Of a stretch of DNA of 64,000 bases, positions 1 through 10,100 are shown in pieces. Position numbers and translations under genes: made by a program. The stretch lies in NCBI RefSeq assembly GCF_009914755.1, contig NC_060926.1; one strand, given 5' to 3'. The stretch is from the human T2T-CHM13v2.0 reference genome, Homo sapiens. Under the pieces are notes generated by a model that ran no database searches, was not told where the DNA came from, and saw only the letters and a list, made by a program, of their open reading frames with translations. How positions within the stretch are numbered: the stretch's first letter is position 1; every line of letters starts with the position of its first letter.

Positions 1-125
1 ATTCCCAGAAACTTCTTTGTGATGTTTGCATTGAAGTCACAGAGTTGAACATTCCCTTTCATAGAGCAGGTTTGAAACACTCTTTTTGTAGTATCTGGAT
101 GTGGACATTTGGAGCGCTTTCAAGC

Positions 126-143
126 CTATGGTGAAAAAGGAAA
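126..143 (+). other. pJalpha-type (A-box) motif at the CENP-B-box-equivalent position of monomers A and C
   Basis: CTATGGTGAAAAAGGAAA in A and CTACGGTGAAAAAGGAAA in C, alternating with CENP-B-box monomers as expected for A/B-type dimers. Confidence 0.75.
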
Positions 144-296
144 TATCTTCCCCAGAAAACTAGACAGAAGCATTCTCAGAAACTTATTTGTGATGTGCGC
201 CCTCAACTAACAGTGTTAAACCTTTCTTTTCATAGAGTAGTTTTGAAACACTCTTTTTGTAAAATCTGCAAGAGGATATTTGGATAGCTTTGAGGA

Positions 297-313
297 TTTC
301 GTTGGAAACGGGA
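297..313 (+). other. CENP-B box (first intact copy, monomer B); recurs at alternating 342/338-bp spacing in B and D monomers across the window
   Basis: TTTCGTTGGAAACGGGA matches YTTCGTTGGAARCGGGA with all nine core bases (NTTCGNNNNANNCGGGN). Confidence 0.97.
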
Positions 314-679
314 TTGTCTTCATATAAACTCTAGACAGAAGCATTCTCAGAAGCTTCATTGGGATGTTTCAATTGAAGTCACAGTGTTGAACAGTCCCTT
401 TCATAGAGCAGGTTTGAAACACTCTTTTTGTAGTATCTGGAAGTGGACATTTGGAGCGCTCTCAGGACTACGGTGAAAAAGGAAATATCTTCCAATAAAA
501 GCTAGATAGAAGCAATATCAGAAACTTTTTTATGACGTATCTACTCAGCTAACAGAGTTGAACCTTTCTTTTGAGAGAGCAGTTTTGAAACACTCTTTTT
601 GTGGAATCTGCAAGTGGATATTTGTCTAGCTTTGAGGATTGCGTTGGAAACGGGATTACATATAAAAAGCAGACAGCAG

Positions 680-1359
680 CATTCCCAGAAACTACTTTGT
701 GATGTTTGCATTCAAGTCACAGAGTTGAACATTCCCTTTCATAGAGCAGGTTTGAAACACTCTTTTTGTAGTATCTGGATGTGGACATTTGGAGCGCTTT
801 CAGGCCTATGGTGAAAAAGGAAGTATCTTCCCCTGAAAACTAGACAGAAGCATTCTCAGAAACTTATTTGTGATGCGCACCCTCAACTAACAGTGCTGAA
901 GCTTTCTTTTGATAGAGCAGTTTTGAAACACTCTTTTTGTAAAATCTGCAAGAGGATATTTGGATAGCTTTGAGGATTTCGGTGGAAATGGGATTGTCTT
1001 CATATAAACTCTAGACAGTAGCATTCTCAGAAGCTTCATTGGGATGTTTCAATTGAAGTCACAGTGTTGAACAGTCCCTTTCATAGAGCAGGTTTGAAAC
1101 ACTCTTTTTGTAGCATCTGGAAGTGGACATTTGGAGCGCTCTCAGGGCTACGGTGAAAAAGGAAATATCTTCCAATAAAAGCTAGATAGAAGCAATGTGA
1201 GAAACTTTTTCATGATGTATGTACTCAGCTAAAAGAGTTGAACCTTTCTTTTGAGAGAGCAGTTTTGAAACACTCTTTTTGTGGAATCTGCAAGTGGATA
1301 TTTGTCTAGCTTTGAGGATTTCTTTGGAAACGGGATTACATATAAAAAGCAGACAGCAG
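680..1359 (+). repeat. Representative 4-mer HOR unit: A 680-850, B 851-1021, C 1022-1192, D 1193-1359 (167 bp)
   Basis: Monomer starts are CATTCCCAGAAACT (A), CATTCTCAGAAACTTATT (B), CATTCTCAGAAGCTTCAT (C) and CAATGT(C/G)AGAAAC (D). D is 4 bp shorter than B downstream of the CENP-B box. Confidence 0.93.
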
Positions 1360-3741
1360 CATTCCCAGAAACTTCTTTGTGATGTTTGCATTCAAGTCAC
1401 AGAGTTGAACATTCCCTTTCATAGAGCAGGTTTGAAACACTCTTTTTGTAGTATCTGGATGTGGACATTTGGAGCGCTCTCAGGCCTATGGTGAAAAAGG
1501 AAATATCTTCCCCTGAAAACTAGACAGAAGCATTCTCAGAAACTTATTTGTGATGTGCGCCCTCAACTAACAGTGTTGAACTTTTCTTTTGATAGAGCAG
1601 TTTTGAAACACTCTTTTTGTAAAATCTGCAAGAGGATATTTGGATAGCTTTGAGGATTTCGTTGGAAACGGGATTGTCTTCACATACAATCTAGACAGAA
1701 GCATTCTCAGAAGCTTCATTGGGATGTTTCAATTGAAGTCACAGTGTTGAACAGTCCCTTTCGTAGAGCAGGTTTGAAACACTCTTTTTGTAATATCTGG
1801 AAGTGGAGATTTGGAGCGCTCTCAGGACTACGGTGAAAAAGGAAATATCTTCCAATAAAAGCTAGACAGAAGCAATGTCAGAAACTTTTTCATGATGTAT
1901 CTACTAAGCTAACAGAGTTGAACCTTTTTTTTGAGAGAGCCGTTTTGAAACACTCTTTTTGTTGGATCTGCAGGTGGATATTTGTCTAGCTTTGAGGATT
2001 TCGTTGGAAACGGGATTACATATAAAAAGCAGACAGCAGCATTCCCAGAAACTTCTTTGTGATGTTTGCATTCAAGTCACAGAGTTGAACATTCCCTTTC
2101 ATAGAGCAGGTTTGAAACACTCTTTTTGTAGTATCTGGATGTGGACATTTGGAGCGCTCTCAGGCCTATGGTGAAAAAGGAAATATCTTCCCCTGAAAAC
2201 TAGACAGAAGCATTCTCAGAAACTTATTTGTGATGTGCGCCGTCAACTAACAGTGTTGAACCTTTCTTTTGATAGAGTAGTTTTGAAACACTCTTTTTGT
2301 AAAATCTGCAAGAGGATATTTGGATAGCTTTGAGTATTTCGTTGGAAACGGGATTGTCTTCATATAAACTCTAGACAGTAGCATTCTGAGAAGCTTCATT
2401 GGGATGTTTCAATTGAAGTCACAGTTTTGAACAGTCCCTTTCATAGAGCAGGTTTGAAACACTCTTTTTGTAGCATCTGGAAGTGGACATTTGGAGCGCT
2501 CTCAGGACTACGGTGAAAAAGGAAATATCTTCCAATAAAAGCTAGATAGAAGCAATGTGAGAAACTATTTCATGATGTATCTACTCAGCTAAAAGAGTTG
2601 AACCTTTCTTTTGAGAGAGCAGTTTTGAAACACTCTTTTTGTGGGATCTGCAAGTGGATATTTGTCTAGCTTTGAGGATTTCTTTGGAAACGGGATTACA
2701 TATAAAAAGCAGACAGCAGCATTCCCAGAAACTTCTTTGTGATGTTTGCATTCAAGTCACAGAGTTGAACATTCCCTTTCATAGAGCAGGTTTGAAACAC
2801 TCTTTTTGTAGTATCTGGATGTGGACATTTGGAGCGCTCTCAGGCCTATGGTGAAAAAGGAAATATCTTCCCCTGAAAACTAGACAGAAGCATTCTCAGA
2901 AACTTATTTGTGATGTGCGCCCTCAACTAACAGTGTTGAACTTTTCTTTTGATAGAGCAGTTTTGAAACACTCTTTTTGTAAAATCTGCAAGAGGATATT
3001 TGGATAGCTTTGAGGATTTCGTTGGAAACGGGATTGTCTTCATATAAAATCTAGACAGAAGCATTCTCAGAATCTTCATTGGGATGTTTCAATTGAAGTC
3101 ACAGTGTTGAACAGTCCCTTTCATAGAGCATGTTTGAAACAATCTTTTTGTAGTATCTGGAAGTGGACATTTGGAGCGCTCTCAGGACTACGGTGAAAAA
3201 GGAAATATCTTCCAAATAAAGCTAGATAGAAGCAATGTCAGAAAATTTTTCATGATGTATCTATTCAGCTAACAGAGTTGAACCTTTCTTTTGACAGAGC
3301 AGTTTTGAAACACTCTTTTTGTGGAATCTGCAAGTGGATATTTGTCTAGCTTTGAGGATTTCGTTGGAAACGGGATTACATATAAAAAGCAGACAGCTGC
3401 ATTCCCAGAAACTTCTTTGTGATGTTTGCATTCAAGTCACAGAGTTGAACATTCCCTTTCATAGAGCAGGCTTGAAACACTCTTTTTGTAGTATCTGGAT
3501 GTGGACATTTGGAGCGCTTTCAGGCCTATGGTGAAAAAGGAAATATCTTCCCCTGAAAACTAGACAGAAGCATTCTCAGAATCTTATTTGTGATGTGCGC
3601 CCTCAACTAACAGTGTTGAAGCTTTCTTTTGATAGAGCAGTTTTGAAACACTCTTTTTGTAAAATCTGCAAGAGGATATTTGGATAGCTTTGAGGATTTC
3701 GTTGGAAACGGGATTGTCTTCATATATACTCTAGACAGAAG

Positions 3742-4078
3742 CATTCTCAGAAGCTTCATTGGGATGTTTCAATTGAAGTCACAGTGTTGAACAGTCCCTT
3801 TCATAGAGCAGGTTTGAAACACTCTTTTTGTAGTATCTGGATGTGGACATTTGGAGCGCTTTCAGGCCTAAGGTTTAAAAGGAAATATCTTCCCCTGAAA
3901 ACTAGACAGAAGCATTCTCAGAAACTTATTTGTGATGTGCGCCCTCAACTAACAGTGTTGAAGCATTCTTTTGATAGAGCAGTTTTGAAACACTCTTTTT
4001 GTGGAATCTGCAAGTAGATATTGTCTAGCTTTGAGGATTTCGTTGGAAACGGGATTACATATAAAAAGCAGACAGCAG
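3742..4078 (+). repeat. Variant HOR half: C/A hybrid followed by B/D hybrid (first of 13 copies)
   Basis: The C start (AAGCTTCATTGGG) continues into the A end (GGATGTGG...CCCCTGAAAACTAG). The B start (GTGCGCCCTC) continues into the D end (GTGGAATCTG...TTACATATAAAAAGC). Marked by the MLNS(P/H)F ORFs at 3784, 8199, 11934, 18560, 29262, 32661, 35719, 38777, 48798, 50836, 51516, 53554 and 54234. Confidence 0.9.
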
Positions 4079-6796
4079 CATTCCCAGAAACTTCTTTGTG
4101 ATGTTTGCATTCAAGTCACAGAGTTGAACATTCCCTTTCATAGAGCAGGTTTGAAACACTCTTTTTATAGTATCTGGATGTGGACATTTGGAGCGCTTTC
4201 AGGCCTATGGTGAAAAAGGAAATATCTTCCCCTGAAAACTAGACAGAAGCATTCTCAGAATCTTATTTGTGATGTGCGCCCTCAACTAACAGTGTTGAAA
4301 CTTTCTTTTGATAGAGCAGTTTTGAAACACTCTTTTCGTAAAATCTGCAAGAGGATATTTGGATAGCTTTGAGGATTTCGTTGGAAACGGGATTGTCTTC
4401 ATATAAACTCTAGACAGAAGCATTCTCAGAAGCTTCATTGGGATGTTTCAATTGAAGTCACAGTGTTGAACAGTCCCTTTCATAGAGCAGGTTTGAAACA
4501 CTCTTTTTGTAGTATCTGGAAGTGGACATTTGGAGAGATCTCAGGAATACGGTGATAAAGGAAATGTCTTCCAATAAAAGCTAGATAAAAGCAATGTCAG
4601 AAACTTTTTCATGATGTATCTACTCAGCTAACAGAGTTGAACCTTTCTTTTGAGAGAGCAGTTTTGAAACACTCTTTTTGTGGAATCTGCAAGTGGATAT
4701 TTGTCTAGCTTTGAGGATTTCGTTGGAAACGGGATTACATATAAAAAGCAGACAGCAGCATTCCCAGAAACTTTTTGTGATGTTTGCATTCAAGTCACAG
4801 AGTTGAACATTCCCTTTCATAGAGCAGGTTTGAAACACTCTTTTTGTAGTATCTGTATGTGGACATTTGGAGCGCTTTCAGGCCTATGGTGAAAAAGGAA
4901 ATATCTTCCCCTGAAAACTAGACAGAAGCATTCTCAGAAACTTATTTGTAATGTGCGCCCTCAACTAACAGTGTTGAACCTTTCTTTTGATAGAGCAGTT
5001 TTGAAACACTCTTTTTGTAAAATCTGCAGGAGGATATTTGGATAGCTTTGAGGATTTCGTTGGAAACGGGATTGTCTTCATATAAACTCTAGACAGAAGC
5101 ATTCTCAGAAGCTTCATTGGGATGTTTCAATTGAAGTCACAGTGTTGAACAGTTCCTTTCATAGAACAGGTTTGAAACACTCTTTTTGTAGTATCTGGAA
5201 GTGGACATTTGGAGCGCTCTCAGGACTATGGTGAAAAAGGAAATATCTTCCAATAAAAGCTACATAGAAGCAATGTCAGAAACTTTTTCATGATGTATCT
5301 ACTCAGCTAACAGAGTTGAACCTTTCCTTTGAGAGAGCAGTTTTGAAACACTCTTTTTGTGGAATCTGCAAGTGGATATTTGTCTAGCTTTGAGGATTTC
5401 GTTGGAAACGGGATTACATATAAAAAGCAGACAGCAGCATTCCCAGAAACTTCTTTGTGAAGTTTGCATTCAAGTCACAGAGTTGAACATTCCCTTTCAT
5501 AGAGCAGGTTTGAAACACTCTTTTTGTAGTATCTGTATGTGGACATTTGGAGCGCTTTCAGGCCTATGGTGAAAAAGGAAATATCTTCCCCTGAAAACTA
5601 GACAGAAGCATTCTCAGAATCTTATTTGTGATGTGCGCCCTCAACTAACAGTGTTGAAGCTTTCTTTTGATAGAGCAGTTTTGAAACACTCTTTTTGTAA
5701 AATCTGCAAGAGGATATTTGGATAGCTTTGAGGATTTCGTTGGAAACGGGATTGTCTTCATATAAACTCTAGACAGAAGCATTCTCAGAAGCTTCATTGG
5801 GATGTTTCAATTGAAGTCACAGTGTTGAACAGTCCCTTTCATAGAGCAGGTTTGAAACACTCTTTTTGTAGTATCTGGAAGTGGACATTTGGAGCGCTCT
5901 CAGGACTACGGTGAAAAAGGAAGTATCTTCCAATAAAAGCTAGATAGAAGCAATGTCGGAAACTTTTTCATGTTGTATCTACTCAGCTAACAGAGTTGAA
6001 CCTTTCTTTTGAGAGAGCAGTTTTGAAACACTCTTTTTGTGGAATCTGCAAGTGGATATTTGTCTAGCTTTGAGGATTTCGTTGGAAACGGGATTACATA
6101 TAAAAAGCAGACAGCAGCATTCCCAGAAACTTCTTTGTGATGTTTGCATTCAAGTCACAGAGTTGAACATTCCCTTTCATAGAGCAGGTTTGAAACACTC
6201 TTTTTGTAGTATCTGGATGTGGACATTTGGAGCGCTTTCAGGCCTATGGTGAAAAAGGAAATATCTTCCCCTGAAAACTAGACAGAAGCATTCTCAGAAA
6301 CTTATTTGTGATGTGCGCCCTCAACTAACAGTGTTGAACCTTTCTTTTGATAGAGCAGTTTTGAAACACTCTTTTTGTAAAATCTGCAAGAGGATATTTG
6401 GATAGCTTTGAGGATTTCGTTGGAAACGGGATTGTCTTCATATAAACTCTAGACAGAAGCATTCTCAGAAGCTTCATTGGGATGTTTCAATTGAAGTCAC
6501 AGTGTTGAACAGTCCCTTTCATAGAGCAGGTTTGAAACACTCTTTTTGTAGTATCTGGAAGTGGACATTTGGAGCGCTCTCAGGACTGCGGTGAAAAAGG
6601 AAATATCTTCCAATAAAAGCTAGATAGAAGCAATGTCAGAAACTTTTTCATGATGTATCTACTCAGCTAACAGAGTTGAACCTTCCTTTGAGAGAGCAGT
6701 TTTGAAACACTCTTTTTGTGGAATCTGCAAGTGGATATTTGTCTAGCTTTGAGGATTTCGTTGGAAACGGGATTACATATAAAAAGCAGACAGCAG

Positions 6797-7134
6797 CATT
6801 CCCAGAAACTTCTTTGTGATGTTTGCATTCAAGTCACAGAGTTGAACATTCCCTTTCATAGAGCAGGTTTGAAACACTCTTTTTGTAGTATCTGGATGTG
6901 GACATTTACAGCGCTTTCAGGCCTAAGGTGAAAAAGGAAATATCTTCCCCTGAAAACTAGACAGAAGCATTCTCAGAAACTTATTTGTGATGTGCGCCCT
7001 CAACTAACAGTGTTGAAGCTTTCTTTTGATAGAGCAGTTTTGAAACACTCTTTTTGTGGAATCTGTAAGTGGATATTTGTCTAGCTTTGAGGATTTCGTT
7101 GGAAACGGGATTACATATAAAAAGCAGACAGCAG
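6797..7134 (+). repeat. 338-bp 2-mer HOR variant (A + B/D hybrid); also near 10532, 13588, 17158, 24125, 27180, 32957, 36015, 39073, 42129
   Basis: Left half of B joined to right half of D. Spacing drops from 680 to 338 (e.g. 17077->17415, 32876->33214). Confidence 0.9.
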
Positions 7135-10100
7135 CATTCCCAGAATCTTGTTTGTGATGTTTGCATTCAAGTCACAGAGTTGAACATTCCCTTTCAGAGA
7201 GCAGGTTTGAAACACTCTTTTTATAGTATCTGGATGTGGACATTTTGAGCGCTTTCAGGCCTATGGTGAAAAAGGAAATATCTTCTCCTGAAAACTAGAC
7301 AGAAGCATTCTCAGAATCTTATTTGTGATGTGCGCCCTCAACTAACAGTGTTGAAGCTTTCTTTTGATAGAGCAGTTTTGAAACACTCTTTTCGTAAAAT
7401 CTGCAAGAGGATATTTTGATAGCTTTGAGGATTTCGTTGGAAACGGGATTGTCTTCATATAAACTCTAGACAGAAGCATTCTCAGAAGCTTCATTGGGAT
7501 GTTTCAATTGAAGTCACAGTGTTGAACAGTCCCTTTCATAGAGCAGGTTTGAAACACTCTTTTTGTAGTATCTGGAAGTGGACATTTGGAGAGATCTCAG
7601 GAATACGGTGATAAAGGAAATATCTTCCAATAAAAGCTAGATAGAAGCAATGTCAGAAACTTTTTCATGATGTACCTACTCAGCTAACAGAGTTGAACCT
7701 TTCTTTTGAGAGAGCAGTTTTGAAACACTCTTTTTGTGGAATCTGCAAGTGGATATTTGTCCAGTTTTGAGGATTTCGTTGGAAACGGGATTACATATAA
7801 AAAGCAGACAGCTGCATTCCCAGAAACTTCTTTGTGATGTTTGCATTCAAGTCACAGAGTTGAACATTCCCTTTCATAGAGCAGGCTTGAAACACTCTTT
7901 TTGTAGTATCTGGATGTGGACATTTGGAGCGCTTTCAGGCCTATGGTGAAAAAGGAAATATCTTCCCCTGAAAACTAGACAGAAGCATTCTCGGAATCTT
8001 ATTTGTGATGTGCGCCCTCAACTAACAGTGTTGAAGCTTTCTTTTGATAGAGCAGTTTTGAAACACTCTTTTTGTAAAATCTGCAAGAGGATATTTGGAT
8101 AGCTTTGAGGATTTCGTTGGAAACGGGATTGTCTTCATATATACTCTAGACAGAAGCATTCTCAGAAGCTTCATTGGGATGTTTCAATTGAAGTCACAGT
8201 GTTGAACAGTCCCTTTCATAGAGCAGGTTTGAAACACTCTTTTTGTAGTATCTGGATGTGGACATTTGGAGCGCTTTCAGGCCTATGGTTTAAAAGGAAA
8301 TATCTTCCCCTGAAAACTAGACAGAAGCATTCTCAGAAACTTATTTGTGATGTGCGCCCTCAACTAACAGTGTTGAAGCATTCTTTTGATAGAGCAGTTT
8401 TGAAACACTCTTTTTGTGGAATCTGCAAGTAGATATTGTCTAGCTTTGAGGATTTCGTTGGAAACGGGATTACATATAAAAAGCAGACAGCAGCATTCCC
8501 ACAAACTTCTTTGTGATGTTTGCATTCAAGTCACAGAGTTGAACATTCCCTTTCATAGAGCAGGTTTGAAACACTCTTTTTATAGTATCTGGATGTGGAC
8601 ATTTGGAGCGCTTTCAGGCCTATGGTGAAAAAGGAAATATCTTCCCCTGAAAACTAGACAGAAGCATTCTCAGAATCTTATTTGTGATGTGCGCCCTCAA
8701 CTAACAGTGTTGAAACTTTCTTTTGATAGAGCAGTTTTGAAACACTCTTTTCGTAAAATCTGCAAGAGGATATTTGGATAGCTTTGAGGATTTCGTTGGA
8801 AACGGGATTGTCTTCATATAAACTCTAGACAGAAGCATTCTCAGAAGCTTCATTGGGATGTTTCAATTGAAGTCACAGTGTTGAACAGTCCCTTTCATAG
8901 AGCAGGTTTGAAACACTCTTTTTGTAGTATCTGGAAGTGGACATTTGGAGAGATCTCAGGAATACGGTGATAAAGGAAATGTCTTCCAATAAAAGCTAGA
9001 TAAAAGCAATGTCAGAAACTTTTTCATGATGTATCTACTCAGCTAACAGAGTTGAACCTTTCTTTTGAGAGAGCAGTTTTGAAACACTCTTTTTGTGGAA
9101 TCTGCAAGTGGATATTTGTCTAGCTTTGAGGATTTCGTTGGAAACGGGATTACATATAAAAAGCAGACAGCAGCATTCCCAGAAACTTTTTGTGATGTTT
9201 GCATTCAAGTCACAGAGTTGAACATTCCCTTTCATAGAGCAGGTTTGAAACACTCTTTTTGTAGTATCTGTATGTGGACATTTGGAGCGCTTTCAGGCCT
9301 ATGGTGAAAAAGGAAATATCTTCCCCTGAAAACTAGACAGAAGCATTCTCAGAAACTTATTTGTAATGTGCGCCCTCAACTAACAGTGTTGAACCTTTCT
9401 TTTGATAGAGCAGTTTTGAAACACTCTTTTTGTAAAATCTGCAGGAGGATATTTGGATAGCTTTGAGGATTTCGTTGGAAACGGGATTGTCTTCATATAA
9501 ACTCTAGACAGAAGCATTCTCAGAAGCTTCATTGGGATGTTTCAATTGAAGTCACAGTGTTGAACAGTTCCTTTCATAGAACAGGTTTGAAACACTCTTT
9601 TTGTAGTATCTGGAAGTGGACATTTGGAGCGCTCTCAGGACTATGGTGAAAAAGGAAATATCTTCCAATAAAAGCTACATAGAAGCAATGTCAGAAACTT
9701 TTTCATGATGTATCTACTCAGCTAACAGAGTTGAACCTTTCCTTTGAGAGAGCAGTTTTGAAACACTCTTTTTGTGGAATCTGCAAGTGGATATTTGTCT
9801 AGCTTTGAGGATTTCGTTGGAAACGGGATTACATATAAAAAGCAGACAGCAGCATTCCCAGAAACTTCTTTGTGATGTTTGCATTCAAGTCACAGAGTTG
9901 AACATTCCCTTTCATAGAGCAGGTTTGAAACACTCTTTTTGTAGTATCTGGATGTGGACATTTGGAGCGCTTTCAGGCCTATGGTGAAAAAGGAAATATC
10001 TTCCCCTGAAAACTAGACAGAAGCATTCTCAGAAACTTATTTGTGATGTGCGCCCTCAACTAACAGTGTTGAACCTTTCTTTTGATAGAGCAGTTTTGAA

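Noticed and set aside
494-499. AATAAA polyadenylation-like and TATAAA TATA-like motifs in each HOR
   Set aside because: They are intrinsic AT-rich parts of the monomer consensus. The sequence alone gives no evidence of promoter or poly(A) function.
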